From: Lama guanicoe
Taxonomy: Eukaryota
Length of the DNA stretch: 64,000 nt
NCBI GenBank assembly: GCA_013239625.1
Contig: MU053881.1
Location: 2,294,001 to 2,358,000, forward strand
Reading direction: 5' to 3'
A program made the position numbers and the translations under genes. The notes under the pieces are model-generated. The model saw only the letters and a list, made by a program, of their open reading frames with translations. It was not told the DNA's origin and did not search any database. Below are positions 37,515 to 52,476 of the stretch, in pieces (position 1 is the stretch's first letter; each line of letters begins with the position of its first letter).

Positions 37515-38560
37515 GTGAATATTATTTATAACCTTCCTCAGTGTTTTCTTTCTACTGGTAGTCCTCTCTCTGATGCAATATTGACCTTGGATGAAAAGAT
37601 GTAGGTGACAGAGGCTTAGGCTTCTTTTTGATGTTGCTGTTCGCTGATATTTGTGGATGCTCTAAATAGTCTTAGAAATTTCCATTAAAAGAAGTTTAGA
37701 GATACTGTTGTTTTCAAGTTGTTGAGCAATCACTTGTTGTAAGTCACCTATTAGAAAGATAGAATCTGGGCATTTTATGTGCACAGTGATAGTATCATAA
37801 TGGGTTTGGACTTTTGCCCTTGGGATTTGTGTATAGGGTCATTTGTTCTAAAATTTGTTTATTGGAAGTTGGAAGGTTGTGCAAGGAGCTTGAGCATTGG
37901 AATTAGAAGACATGGCTTTGAAATCCCAACCCCACCAATTAACTTTGTGATCTTGGGCAAATTAATTAATTGTTTTATTCATTTATTTGGCAAATATTAT
38001 AGTTTGTATACTGTGTGCCGGTCATTGTTTTAGAGTCTTAAGATATAAGATAAATAAGAAAAAAACTAATCCCTGCCCTCAAAGGGACACATAAACAGAT
38101 AGTTATAATGTGATCTGACAGATGTAATGTTAAAGAGATGCCTGGAGCATTGAGGGAGCATAGGAGAGGAATTTCAGTTTTCTGAATTTCAGTTCTTTAT
38201 ATCTAAAATAGAGACAAAAATAGCTTGTTTTGCTGGGTTTCTCTGAAGATTAAATTAGAGAATATAAAATACATAGGAGGAATTTTGCACAAGTAGAGGA
38301 ATGCACGTGAAATTGCTTTGTAATATGTTGTGGCTGTTCGGTGATGTTAACTTACTAATGACAGAGAGTTGCTTGACAGTGTTTGAGGAATTGGGAATAC
38401 CCTTGCCAGAATTGTAGTTTTTCTTGATTTGATTTCCTGCCATGGTCAGGTTCCTTTGGAAATAATGTTTTTGTAATATCTTGCCTAAGAGTTTCTCTTA
38501 GTTGGAGACTCAGATATTCTGTACTCAGAAGAGTTAATAGCCCTTATTTGGAATGAAATA

Positions 38561-38752
38561 CAGTTGACCCTTGAACAACAGGAGGGTTAGGGGTTCTGAC
38601 TCTGTGCAGTTGAAAATCCTCATATAACTTATAGCAAGCCCTGTGGTTCCTCTCTGTGGTTCCACATCCTCGGATTCAGCCAGCCGCAGATCATTTAGTA
38701 CTGTAGTCATTACTATTGAAAAACATTTATGTGTCAGTGGACCTGCACAGTT
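38561..38752 (+). mobile_element. Tigger2/MER8-like Tc1/mariner MITE
   Basis: Starts ta|cagttgacccttgaacaac, a Tigger2-type TIR preceded by a TA target. Confidence 0.7.
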
Positions 38753-40626
38753 GTAGTCAGTTTTATCAGTTGATTTTTAAGTAACTGTGTTGAGAGTTGT
38801 ATGATAAGAGGGGAACAAGCTAAATGCTTTTCTAAACTGCACATAAACCAGGTTGCGGACTGGTGGCGGAGTTGGTGATTGTAGGACATACTTTTATTTT
38901 CATTTGATCCATTTCTTGAGATGAGGTTTCTTTTCAGGCCAGAAGGTAAAGGCCAGCTTTTAAGGGATCATGATTTGGTGTCCAGGTATCTCTTTTGAGA
39001 AATACTTGTATAGTATTTTAAAAGAAGTAGAAGTAACTCTGCGGAGACCCAGTCCCTAACTGCATAGTCCTCATAAAAACTTCTTTGCTTGTATTTTTTC
39101 CTTTGTAGTTAATATTTAAATAGACCTTTTTTTATGGTGCTGGGAAAAAAAACTTAGTTAATATAGAAATGTTCAGAAACCTGGGTTGCCTATGAATGTG
39201 ATTGGAAGTGGTCTTGTATTCACAATAAAACAATAATAGACTGCTCCCTCTTGATTACTACGTTATTAGTTGAAGGTATCTTCTTTGCATTTTATAGAGT
39301 AACTCAAGACTACTTGCAAATTACAGGATATATTGATTTTTTCCCCCTCTGCTCAAATGGCTTTACATTCACAAGACAACTTTTCCTTGTAAAATTTATG
39401 AACAGAGTAACCTGGGTGTGTGAGAAGGTCAGTGACAAAGTTTGGATTAAAAAATACCTAGAACTCCCAGACCCACTTGATTTTCCCCACATTCTGGAGA
39501 AGATTAATAGAAGCTGAGAGTCTCCCAATATCTGACAGAGTCAGCTTCCAGAAGCAAAGTGGAGTATTGCCACCACATGGTGGAATACTGAGAATTTTGA
39601 TGCCACATAGGCCTGGGTTTCAGGCTAGACTGTCCATTTACTCACTTTGTGATCAGCAGGTTACTTTGCCTTTCCAAGTCGCAATTTCCTTTTCTGTAAC
39701 ACTGGAGCTAGTGTTACCTCTGCCAGTTGGGTCCTTGTGAGGGATGTATATGGAAAATGCTTGGCCAAGCCTGGCATAGTATAGGAACTCAGCCATTCTT
39801 AGTTCCTTTCTCATCTTTCTTTTTTTTCCATTTCTTTTTAAGTAAAAGGCAGGCATGTGTTGAAAACAACATTTTCGGCAGTTGAAGAAATTGTTTTACT
39901 TGGTATTTATTTAGATGGCCTGTTTCCCTCTCTGCTGGATTACATTCACAGGCAGTAAATTTTAGGGATGGCCTAAACTTAGAAACCAAAAGAAAAACAA
40001 ACAAACAAAAGAAACACCCCAGTTGGCTCTGAGTTCATACTATCTACCAACTGCAGTTTTGGTCCTATTCTGTTCTTGTGCCAGAGGAGGGTTTATTTTT
40101 TCCAGTAGTAAGGCATAATGACAGCCAGGTGCTCCTTGCTCTTAAATGAAAGCAGTGGCTATGCAGGACAGCTTCGCATTGATTGGGTAGGACATGCTGT
40201 CCTTTGAAGCAAGTGTTAGGCGGTAGTGCTGCAGTGCTCATGCATACTGTTGAATTAATCACTGCAGAATTCTCGGCTCCGACCTGTAGAGGTAAAATAA
40301 AACTGCCTCTGAGAGGCACTGGCAAGTGTAGGAAAAATGATGACTACAAAACACTGAGAAAGGGAGTGAGAGAGAGAGAGTCTAAGAATGGCTTTGTCAG
40401 AATTGTCTTAATGGTTTTCTTTAGGCCTTCTTGAATATTTGAGTCTTATTTGTGTTTCCTCTTTCAACACAGAAATGACAAATAAAACACAAGAGGTGGT
40501 TTGTCTCAGTGGTGTAAGCTGAGGACTTTGTTACTGAATTTTAGTTGTGTCACTTTTGTTTAGGGGTCTTTTTTGCCCCCCTAACTCCTGAGGTCTGAAA
40601 TCACTTACAGTGACCACAGTTCTTTT

Positions 40627-40965
40627 TGTATGTGTCGTGGAATTCGTTTTTTCTTCCAGTTGTATTGTGATATCATTGACATCAGCAATGTATAAGTTTA
40701 AGATGTGCAGCATAATGATTTGACTTACATATATCATGAAATGATTATCACAGTAAGTTTAGTGAACATCTGTAATCTCATATAGATACAAAATTAAAGA
40801 AATAGAAAAAAATTTTTCCTTGTGATGAGAACTCCTAGAATTTACTCTCTTAATGACTTTCTAATATATAACATACAGCAGTGTTAATTATATTTATCAT
40901 TTGTACATTATACCTCTAGTACTTATTTATCTTACAACTGGAAGCTTGTACCTTTTGAATGCCTT
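40627..40965 (-). mobile_element. L1MA-like 3' end
   Basis: gtataagtttaagatgtgcagcataatgatttga...; flanked by the direct repeat cacagttctttt at ~40615 and ~40966. Confidence 0.75.
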
Positions 40966-41479
40966 CACAGTTCTTTTGTGAGATTGAAAAAATGTCCTTA
41001 AGATGCTGTTAATGTACAGACTGAAACACAGCAGACACAGCATACGGACCCAACGAGGATAGTGCCTTGCAACATGATAGAGAGGAATGCTGTCAGGTTT
41101 TGGAGCCAAATAATTCTTGGTTTGAGTTTCAGCTTTGCCACTTATCCTGTAACTTTGGGCAAGTTGCTTTGCTGTTTTGGACAACGCTTTTCTCATGTAA
41201 AAAGAATGTGTTAATTGATACCTTTGTAAGATTACCATGAGGTTTAAATGAGTATTACATACAGAGTGCTTAGCACATAGTAAGCAGGCTCTGAATAGGT
41301 ATTAACTCTATTAGTGTATCTCCAAATCTGCTGTCCTGAATTTGGCAAACTGATTGATATCATCTCTGAAAGTAAGTGAAATAATGGGATGGAGTCTTTT
41401 CCAGTATTTTGGAGGGAAAAGATATCTTATAAACTAAAGCTGTTACATTGCTGTTTGTCATGATCTTCAGGGTCTTCAG

Positions 41480-41633
41480 GTTGATTACAAGGAAGATGCT
41501 GAGAAGGAGGTACCTACTTCTGCCTTCTCATCCAGTACCCGCATAGCCTGCCCACTTTGTGACCAAGGCTTCCCACCCACAAAGATCGAGCGACATGCCA
41601 TGTACTGCAACGGGCTGATGGGTCAAGATACAG
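41480..41633 (+). CDS. UIMC1: UIMC1 coding exon 9: first zinc finger (UBZ4-like CCHC); alternative in-frame start at 41471
   Basis: cttcag|GTTGAT...GATACAG|gtaaag; 154 nt; VDYKEDAEKEVPTSAFSSSTRIACPLCDQGFPPTKIERHAMYCNGLMGQDT, with a C-x2-C...H-x3-C pattern. Confidence 0.95.
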
Positions 41634-44600
41634 GTAAAGCCAGACTTTGACTGCCTGATGGTTTTGTAATCCTATTCAGTACAGTGCAACAGACAGCTCT
41701 TCTTCAAAGTTAAAGTTGTTGGGTTTTTTAGTCTACCTGATTCTCTAGTGCTTTTCATGGTCTTTATTACTTTTGGTGGGTATACTGTTTTGTTGTACAT
41801 AACCTCAGGAGAAGGGGAAGGGAAAAATCTTTCATCTTTTTGTGTTTCAAACTTACTCTTTGCTTTAGGCAGGCCAGAGATCAATGTGAGGCCAAGGACC
41901 TTGCGTCTCAACTTATATATTCAGATAATGGAAACTCCTATGGAACTTGAGGAACTAAGTTCTAGAGTTGCCCATTTTTCATTCAAAATAAGTCTGTTAT
42001 TTGTGTGTGTGTGAAAATTCTACCTAAAGACGATTAACAGGTGAAAAATATCCCTAATTTCCATTCATATCCTCCATGTCTCTGCTGTATCACCCTGGAG
42101 CTATTGGTTCTCTCTCAGAGAGTGCACCAAAGGCTTTGGTTTTGGTGGAGTGTGAGATACTGGCCAAGAGAATCTGCTTGTTCATCACAGCCCTTGAAAT
42201 ATGATCCCTAATCTTGCCTTTCTGTCTATGACTTTAAACTCTAAATATAAAATAACCAGCACAACTCACTGTGGTCTTACATGCTGGACGTGATCATACG
42301 TTAGATGTTTGGAAGTGTGACAGCCTTTTTCTCAGTGCTACTTGGTTCCCATAATTTAGAGATACTTAATCCGAAATTGTATAATTGTGAGGAAGATTTC
42401 CAAGAAAGAAAGACACATGTTATTTAATTTTTCTGAAGTAACATTCTTCTTACTAATTAAATAAGTACCTAAACTTATAATTTAAGTACATTTGTTGATT
42501 TTTCTGATTCTAAAGTATTACGTGTTCCTTATAGTAAGAATAATAATAATGGCTTACATTTACTGAATAATTAAAATGAGTCAGGCACTATTTACATAAA
42601 TCTGACCATGCCATATATGTATAATTTTTCAAGTCACCTTTTTTTATTTAGTAGTAAGTTTAGATCTTTCTATTTGTAGATATATTTTTTTTACATACTT
42701 GAGATCTGACTGTATGTAAAATTCTGTTTTGCTTTTTCTACTTAGAGCATGAAAATTTCCCCCATATCACTAAAAGTTATGTGTAAAGATATTTTAATGC
42801 CTATATCATTGTGTAATCGAAATTGCCTTCATTTGCTTAACGGTTGTGTGTTTAGAATGCTTCAAGTTGCCGTGTTATACTTAGATGACACTGAGCTTTT
42901 TATGCCTAAAATGGTTGCTGTATTTTAGGGTTATTTTCTGAGGTTATATTTAGTTTGGGTGGTAGTTTAAAAACATAGGCCTGGAGTCCTTTCAGTCTGA
43001 GATTGAGGTCTACCTCTGCCACCTGTGTTAGTTTCCAGTCTTCCCTTTATGCATCTGTCACACAGTAGTACCTTATTTGGTTTTTGCAAGGTTAAATGAG
43101 ATATTTTAAGTAAAGTGCTTAGCGCAGTGCCTAGCACATAGTAAGTACTAACAACATTCAGCTGCCGTTATCATTCCCAGTAGTGGAATTACTAGGTCAA
43201 AGATTTTTGTCATCATTTTTAAGGGTTTTTATGAATAGCATTGTAGTCTTTCAAATATAATGCAAGTTGAAGACCTAAATCTGGTCAACTCCTTTAACAG
43301 AAGAGCACTGTAGGACTAGGATTCTAAATACAGTTTTACTTTGACAAAGCTCTTCAGTTTGATTTTTAGTGAAGGATTCCAGTAACTGAAAAAATTCTGG
43401 GGCTGGGCATTAGGTGACCAATGAAAGGGGAGACTATTTTGTCTATCTCACCAAACATGCATACCCAACTGATAGTAGTTACTTAGCACTGAGGTCCAGA
43501 AATAAATGAGTTTGAGAAGCTGAATCCCCTTGACTTCCTGGACCTCCTTCCAGTAAGAATTAAAAGAGAAGGAGAAGTATAGAGTAGCCCCTGTTGAATC
43601 TCCTAGGCTGAACTCTGCCTCAACTGGAAGCTTTGGTATTCACTTCTGTCAGACGTCTTCTAGCTGTATGATGTTTGCTCTTAACGTTTGTTCTTCCTTA
43701 CTGGGGTGCGATGGGGCAACTCACAGCCCCAAATAACTTGATTCAGGCTTGTTTCTGAGTTTCCTCAGACCACGTGCAGACTTACATCATCAGAACTGGG
43801 TGGTTCTTATTCTTGTCGAGAAGCTGACACCATCAGGTGGGCAAAGTAGACTGAAACTTGCTCTGCTGTCCATTCAGGAAAAGCCTTTCGAGTTCTCTTA
43901 ATTCACTGGGCCAAGCGTCAGTGAACCTGTCTAATGCTGCTCAGTTGGATTTACACTCTGGGCCTTGAGGATTCCTTCAGACATTATAGACGTGTGTTTT
44001 CTGGTATTTTGGAAGCCCTTATTTCTTGGCACTGTCTTGTAGCTCTGATCCAAGTGTCTCCGACCTGCATCCAAAGATGTCTGCTGAATCTGGAATGACA
44101 GTCACACTTTCTTTTATAAGGAAATTTGTTTTTTAAATTAGTTTGGAAGTATGAGAAAGACAAGTCTAGAATACTACAAACTTCTTTTCAACACCAACTT
44201 GTCTACCTAGAAACAAATTTGATTCCTTTCTACCAGCTATTGCCTACCCACTTAACTTTAATTCATCCAAATGCTAATGGAACACTTTTTTTTAATGGTG
44301 CTGGACCTTGTGTGGGTTATTAAAGAAGTTTAAGACAAGGTTTCTGCCATTAAGAAGCTTGCAGTCTCATTGGGGAGATAAGCATTAACCTAAGAAATTA
44401 ATTGCAGGGTGACACAAAGTGAATGGTTGTGTACCCAAATGAATGTCCCTGACCACTTAAGTGTAATAGGAAAAAGGAGAGCTGCAGTGGGCAGGGATAA
44501 TGTCCCCAGAGAGGGCACACTTAGCCTAGGCTGGATAGGTTTGGATAAACCCAAGGAAAGTAGGGGGCCCTTTATCCTTCTATGGGTTAGATAAGATAGG

Positions 44601-44638
44601 AAGCAAGGGAAACAGCCGCTAAACAACAGCCTCCTCTG

Positions 44639-44755
44639 TTTTTGTGAGGGAGGGCAGGTAATTGGGTTTATTTATTTTATTAATAGAGGTCCTGGGGATC
44701 GAACCCAGGACCTCATGCATGCTAGGCAGCACTCTACCACTGAGCTGTGCCCTCC
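44639..44755 (-). mobile_element. Vic-1-type tRNA-derived SINE
   Basis: ggggatcgaacccaggacctcatgcatgctaggcagcactctaccactgagct plus tail ggtaattgggtttatttatt. Confidence 0.88.
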
Positions 44756-45681
44756 TCTCTTAATCTTCTTAGTAGTGTTAACTTGCTAATATAAATGGCC
44801 CTTTCTGGTGACATTTTAGCCCTGGTAGAGAATTTGGAAGAGGGAGTCCTCTCTGGAGCTGTCCCATTCCCTGCTTACTCCTCTGCTTTCCTGGGAAAAG
44901 AGTTGGAGCTCTAGGTGGAGTGCGGAAGTAGTCAGAGGAATTCTGTGAAGCACCTACTAGTGTGCCTGGCATATAGCAGGTCTTCAGTAAATCTGCAGTA
45001 TTTGGTTTCTTCACCAGCTTCTCTGCCCCATCTTCCTTGCCAGAGACAGCAGTGATTGTTCTGGTTCCTCTCAGCTTTATGACTGAAGACAGAGGGCAGT
45101 CCTCAGCCTAATTTTTTAATCTTTGGTGAAAGGAAGCCTCTCCTACAATGGAGGGGAAAGAGTTACTTATATAACCCAGGCTGGGAGACCATTAGCCCAA
45201 TGCCTAAGGGGATGGAATTCTGAGAGAAGTCTTCCCTCCTAAAGCTACGTGTCTAGCTTTCCCCTCCTTCCTGTTTTTCCCTGAATCTGATCCTAGACAT
45301 GCTTGGTTTGGCTGTGTAAAAGAAAGACTAATTAGAGTCATTTACATGAAGTGTCTACCATTTATGCCTAGTTACTGTGCAGCACAATAACAATTATGCA
45401 TATCATTAAATATGTGTCTTATTAACTTTGCCATAAGTTTTATTTGATTATAATACTACACTCTGGTTAAGTTTGCTCAGTCTGTTCAGTTTGTTGCTCA
45501 GTGACATGATTATCTATTCACAGGTATGGAAAAATTAGAGGGAGTATACTTTAAAGGCATTGTTTGAAGGGAGAGGTTTACTAAATCTAGACTGTGACAA
45601 AAGCAAGTTGCCTTTGCATTTGCTTTCTGGAACATGTCTTTGAGACCATTTTTATTTAAACACCTAGGAAGAATGAAGGTC

Positions 45682-46350
45682 TTCATTTACTCATCCAATA
45701 AGTATTTATTAAATGCGTACTCTATTGCCAGATACAGTGAACAAAATATACAAAGTCCATGTTCTCAGGAAGCTTATACTCCAGTAGTGGGATACTACAA
45801 TAAACAACTAAACATATAATATGTCAGATGTTGATAAGTATTTTAGAAAACAAAAAGAAATCAGAGGAAGTGGGGAATAGGGAGTACTGAGGTCAGGAGG
45901 TGGCAATTTAAAATACGTGGTATGAAAGGTCTCATTGAGAAGGTGACATGTGAGCAGAGACCTAAAGGAAGTGAGGGAATAAGCTGAGAGAATTTCAAGT
46001 GGAGAAGAAAGAGTGTTAACAGGCAGAGGAACAGTCAGTGCAAAGACCCTGAGTGTGAACAGGCTTGGTGTGTATGGGGAATGACAAGGAGGCCAGTGTG
46101 GCTGGAGTAGAGTAAGTGAAGGAGAGATTAACAATGAGACCAGAGAAGTAACGGGGGAGGGGGACAGGTGGACAGATTACATGGGGCTGGCTCTTAGGCC
46201 ATAGTGAGACTTTAGCTTTTAAAGGAGGAAACATTGGAGGGATTTGAGCATAAAGAATGAATTAATATTTGGGTAAAGGATCACTGTGGCTGCTGTGTGA
46301 ATTGATTGTTGGGTTGGGAGACAAGGGTGGAAGCTGGGAAAACAGTCAAC
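45682..46350 (-). mobile_element. L2 LINE 3' region
   Basis: tcatttactcatccaataagtatttattaaatgc 3'-end pattern followed by purine-rich L2 body. More L2-like sequence lies at ~55510-56970 and ~58430-59800. Confidence 0.75.
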
Positions 46351-49300
46351 ATTTTATTTTTGGTAATATGATAGAGTGGGAGAAACATGGGCTTTGGAAC
46401 TAAGTAGATCTGAACTTAACTTTCAGCCTAATGCTTGTCAGCTGCGTAATACTTGACAAATTATCTTACTCTCTGAGGATCAGGTGCCTCATTTGCAAAA
46501 TTAGTCTGACATAATTAGGATTATCATGAGAATTTATAAAGTGCCTAGCACTGTGTCTAGATTGTTTTAGATTTTCAGTAAATGGTAGCTGTGGTTATTG
46601 TTGAGTATTCTTGCATGTGTAGTCTTTCTGAGGTCTGTATTTCTGTGTGCTAATACATGAAGGATGAGCCGCCAGCCAGGTAGAGCTAAGGGAAAGATGG
46701 AAGGCACGAAAAGGCATGAGAGTCAAAGTGCTAAGAAAAAGTTAGTGAGAAGTAGATTATAGCAGAGGTACGAAAGCTGAAGGCATTAACTGTATACACT
46801 TTGGGCCTAGATACAGGGGTGTAGATTCTGCCAGGAGTGGATTTTCTCTCCAAGGATGTTTCCTGAAAAAATAATGGCGAGTAAGTGGATGGGTGGAGGT
46901 AAGAGTTCTTGATAGAGATTTGCCTGAGAGCTGTCAGAGAAGGACTGAGACTTAGAAAAATAGGCTTGACTTGGGTGAGTCAGCCAAAAATCGTAAGACC
47001 TGAACATCTCTAAGTGAAACATTTCTTAAATTAGACAGAGTTGACTTTTTTCCTGTTTCATGTATCTGTATTTGCCTACCTGAATATAATTTATACCCCA
47101 TTCAGTCTTATCACTTGTATTAATGTGGCTTTTGTGTGGTACCCAGGAGGATTAGATTGAGTATATCACTACTGACACCTAACTACTGAGGTGTTAACAA
47201 CTGGCAAAGTAGCATAGGCTTAGTAGAAATAACATGGATTATGGCCACAGATTGACCTGTGGGGAGATATACAAATCCAAACAAAGTGAGATTACAGTGC
47301 AGTTGGGTAGATAAGACAACACGTGAATAACTGTAATACAAGTCAGAACTACTAAGGGGCATAAAGAAAATCCTGTGGTGTTTCAGAGGAAATGTGATTA
47401 GAGATTTAGAGGGAATGGCACTAATGTAAAAGAACAGTCGGCAAAAATCACATAAATAAAAAAACATGAAGGGTATACAAGAAAGAGCATGAGATTCAGT
47501 GTGGTTATAGTATGGGCGTTATGAAAGTAAATAGTAGGCAGTTGGAGAATGACAAACATAATGAGTTATATGGGTTAATACAGGGCAAAGTTTTTTTCGG
47601 CCTGTGAAAGAATTACTTATGTGTTTACCCCAGTGTAGTATATAAGACTGTTCGGAGTGCGAGTGTCAAAATATAATTCAAGTACTCTTAAGCAAAAAAG
47701 AGAAGTTAGTTTGCACAAAAATTGGGAAGCCTGGGATATGCTTCAGGCAGAGCCAGATTTTGGAGCTCAGATGATGTCTCTCTCCATCTTTTGAGTCTAC
47801 TTGTCTCTATTCAACAGATGGGCTTTTTTTAAGGGGCAAGCAAGATGTCTGCCAGTAGCCATAGATTTTTAGCCTTTAATGGAAAGAAGGAATTCTTTCT
47901 CCTGAGACCATAAGTTAGTCTAGTGAAAGATTCTGATTGGTTTTATTTGTGTCCACCCCTGCTTTAGCCAAGCGGGTGGATACATATCATTTATTAATAC
48001 AGAACAAGTATTGGAAAACCCTATTTAGTATCTGTAAGAAAATTCTGTCAATCACAATAAAAGAAAACACCGTTAATAATGGGTTTAACATGTAGGGTTC
48101 TTTTTCTCACGTAACAAAATCTTTTCTCTTTTGGCTCTACAGTTCTTGACTTGTAGCTTCTTTACTTACGGTTTCAAGATGGCTGTTATATCTCTAGACC
48201 TCAAATCTGTGTTCCAGGCAGGCAGGAGAAAGGCTTAAAGGGGATGACTGCAGATTGTGACTACTGTAATCTAATAACTCATTCCTGTAATCTCATGGAA
48301 TTGAATTTATTCCAAATTGTGGTAGAATTAGGTCAGTTATAAATTTAGTGTTTGTTCATGTCCTTTACGTGTGTTTATATGTCATTATGTGTATAAGATT
48401 ATATTATCTCTGAAGTCATTGATTAATTTGCTTTGTACAATAATTCAACTTAAAAATTTTCATGCCCTGCTACTAGTGAAATACTGTGTTAGGTTCTAGG
48501 GATACTCACAAGGTGATAAGGCAGTGATACAGAGCTGAATGGGACCTCACATTTATATTAAGGGAATTTACAGTCCAGCAAGGCAAACAGACTTGGGTAT
48601 GACTAAGTATGATTCGGATCAGTTTGGAGTGCTAAAATAGAGAGGTGATAAGCACTCACAGAGGTAGAAGGGATTTTTTTCCTTGTTGTGTATGTTTTTA
48701 TTTGTTTTAGATATTTTACTCTTAATTTGATTGAGTACAGGATTATTTCTGATTGGTGAGAAAAAGGACAGATTCTTAAGTGTTCCTCTAATATCAGGTA
48801 TGGGTTTTTTACCCTTTTCCCCCCTCTGTTGAAGACATGCATCTAAAATAGCAACAAGACTTGTATAAATTGTCTGAATCTCTCATTTTTCCTTTAAACT
48901 GGATTACAAAAAGTGGTATTACTGGATTATATGTATACAGTTTTAAGATTGCTTTCTGAAAAAGTTATACTCATTTAAAATTTCACTAGTAGCATATGAA
49001 AGTGTTCCTTTCATCACACCATTACAAATACTGAAGAATATATATATATATAATATATATTTTTAAATCATGGCATATTTGATAGATAATCAGTAACATT
49101 TCATTTTATTTTATATTTCTTTGATTAGTAAAGTTGAATTTTTTCTTTTTTTAAAAAAAAATCCAGTTTGTATTTCTTCTTTGAAGAATTGCTTCATTTC
49201 TGAACTTGCCCAAGTATCTCTTGGGTTCTTTGTTTTTTTCATATCAGTTCGTATGAATTCTTTATAAATGATTTGCCCTTTGCTTCAAAGGTGCTTTCCA

Positions 49301-52300
49301 GTTTTTTTCTACCCATCCATGAGTTCTCACCAAGTTTCCAAATGTATGTAGCCTGGCATGGCAACCTCCTTGTTGTGTTTAAACGCTGTCAAAGCTTTTA
49401 TTTCTTAAAGCAGAAGCAGTGCTGATCCTGCAGAAGGATCTAATCAGTGTGAAAAGAAGTGGCGCTGATATGGGGAAATGAGTACTGGAATCCATGCAGA
49501 ATTGGAGAGGGGAGGAGGATGGGTGGGCAGCATGGAGAAAGGGTAAAGAATTCATTGCTGTTGATAATGGGAGGAGGAAGCTAAGAGGTAGGAGGAGGTG
49601 GTTGCCTGACACAGTAGTCAGCAGGAGCTAGATGCCCAAAGTGAAATATCTAAAGTAGGTTCTTCTTTAATAGGCTTGACCCCAAAACTGTTTGGTGTTT
49701 CTGTAGAGGCCACCATCGTATTTTGAGTGCCTGCTGACACAGAAATACATCATAACTCTTAGTTGCTGTGGATGAACTCTTAGACCAAGTACCTCCACTC
49801 CAGGCTTGTTATGTCCTACTGCATGTAACTCTCTCTCCTTGTATTAATAATGTGGCAGAATTATATGGTCCTCTCCCCTCCCCTCTACCTCCCATCATCT
49901 CAGTTGTCTTCTGATAATTTTTGTTCAACCTTTCTGTGGAACATTTCATTATATCAACTCCACTATGATGCATTAGTAAGGCCACTGTATGATGTGGCAT
50001 GTGAAATGGCAGTCTGACTGCAATCCATGTCTTCTTAAGTTCTCAGTGTCTTCACTCTTCTTATTTTGTTCCTCTTAACCTTGACTTTGTCTTTGTTTCA
50101 GTTACTCCTACTCATTGTGCCTTGCCGCTAAAGAGCCAGGCCTCGGGATTTCTTATAGCAGTTTTTTTCCTACTATATGTGCTTATTCCTTCCTTGAAAA
50201 ATAAAATAGCCCTTATTAACACCTGAGTTAATACCCATAGCATTATGTGTTGAAGGAATATTAACAGCTAAAAATCACTTCAGAGAAGTTCTCTCACCTC
50301 ATGATCTAGGCACACGTTTTAATTCAGGCATCTAGAGCATTTTAAGAAAGAAGAAATTTCAACGAATTAATATTAGATCAGTCATTTTCATTATAACTAT
50401 TACAGAGCCACAGCCAGGACTATAATTATCTTAGAGGATAAGTGTTATTGTTATCTCCATTTTACCCATGAGGAATCTGGTATCTGAGACGTTTAGTACT
50501 TGTCCAACATTAGATAGTTAATAAGCTGCAGAGCCAGGGCCCAAGCCGAAGTCTGCCTGACTCCAGAGCTAGCATTTTTCATTGCTGTATTTTATCTCCT
50601 TTCCCATGTGTAGAGGTGGGGACGAACACAAGGGAAAGTATGAGGAGACCATAGAAGCCTCAGTCAGTTTTAGGAAGGCAGAGTATTAGAATCTTTCACC
50701 CCTGAATGCGTACATGAAATCTGATCTCATCAGAATTGATCTTGTCAGATTTTCAATTACCTAAAAGAAACAGTTTGATCGATCCAGACTATTTCCTGGT
50801 GAACAGAGTTGATGTGACGTAAGTCATGTCTGTGAAAACATGTGTGAAGTCAAAACATCAGATGAACTATCAGAATTACTTCTGGTGGTCGCTGTGGAGA
50901 TCTTTAACATGTTCTGTTCTGGACTGTAATTTCTGGAAACTTCTAGTTTTATTTGAGGCTTGATTAGATTCAGCTTAGATTTTTTTTTTTACAAGAATAC
51001 TTCATGGGTGGTATTATATGCTTCATATTACATCAGACTGTGAGACACATACTGTCTGGTTATCTTTCTTTTGTGATGTTAAGATTGATTAGTGGGATCA
51101 GCCTAATCCATCCATTTAGAGAGCCCAGCTTTCAGCTAATGGACATTGATGATGATTGCTCAGATCTGTTACTTCATTGAGGGTGTCTCTTGATATTTAA
51201 ACAATTTTTAAATTATAAAAGTGGTATATACTCATTGAAACAAAATTGTTAACACAGAAAAATAATAATCCCCAAATAATCACCCCCAAATCCAGTTTCC
51301 CCCCAGAATGACGGTTAATATTTTAGTTTATTTCCTTTCAGTCTTAATTTTGAATCCCTGCATAGTATTTCATCCTGTATTTGAACACTGGGTTGTTTAA
51401 CTTTTTTCATTGTTAAAATAATGCTTTGATAAAATATCTTTGTCTTATAATCGTGTCTAAATTCAGATGATTTCCTCAGAGTAGATTCCCAAAATTTAAT
51501 TCATGGGTCAGAAAATATTAATTATTTAAAAATTCTAGACATATAATTTCAAACTGCTTAAATAAAAATTCTAGCTTTTAAAGAAAAAGATTGTGCTATA
51601 AATATTATACACAAGAACTAGTAAGAACTAGACAAGTGACTGTTTTCTTAAGACCTCTAAATTATTCATTACTTCATAGATTGAGGAGTTTTGTTCATAA
51701 AAATATAATGGTTGTAGGCCCTTTATTTCTGTATCCTAAGTAAGGGTTGTTAATTTAAAGATTTTTCTCAGTATTGATTCTTTGCTTTAAGTCTCAGGGT
51801 GGTGGAGGCACTGCCAAGAATATTTTTATATGAGTACTTTTGTCTTTGTCTGGAAAAGTGCTGAGGAAGCCATGCTGTCACTTCAGATGCAGGGGTTAAC
51901 TACAGCAGCACTGAAGACTAAGGTCAGGAGCTCAACATGCAAGTGTACCTTGTTGAGAAAGCAAACTTACCTGTGTAAACTTGAAAGGAAATTACTACAA
52001 CTTGAGTAGGGTAGGGACAGGGGGCTTCTGTGGCTTCTCTACGACAAAGAGAGCATTTTGGTATTATGGTGCTGGTTTTGGAGTCTGACAGATTTGGAAT
52101 CATATCTTAGTCCAGGTATTTACAGGATTGAGGACTCTGAGCCTTTATTTGTTCATCTGTAAATTGGACCCAGTGATGCCTGCCTTTTTAGGGTTGTTTA
52201 TAGTTAGGAAGTATCAGCATAATCTATTAGGATTTTTTAGTTAGAAGCTATCACTAGTAGAATAACATTATCAAGTCTTGTACCTGAGAGAACAAGAATT

Positions 52301-52476
52301 TATTTATTGAATAGAATGAGGCAGAGAGGATCTTTTTATTTCAAGAGTTATTTCAAATCAAGCTCTAGAGACATTTTCATCATAAAAATATTCTGTTGTT
52401 CTTAAAGCCAAGAAAACACTCCACCAAACTTGTGAATAAGAAATTACCTTGCCAAATTGATTCATTAAATATATAT

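Noticed and set aside
43785..44092. Possible antisense exon (minus-strand ttccag| ... |gtaagt with ~52 open codons)
   Set aside because: The frame stops midway, there is no recognisable homology and no partner exons; it needs expression or conservation data.
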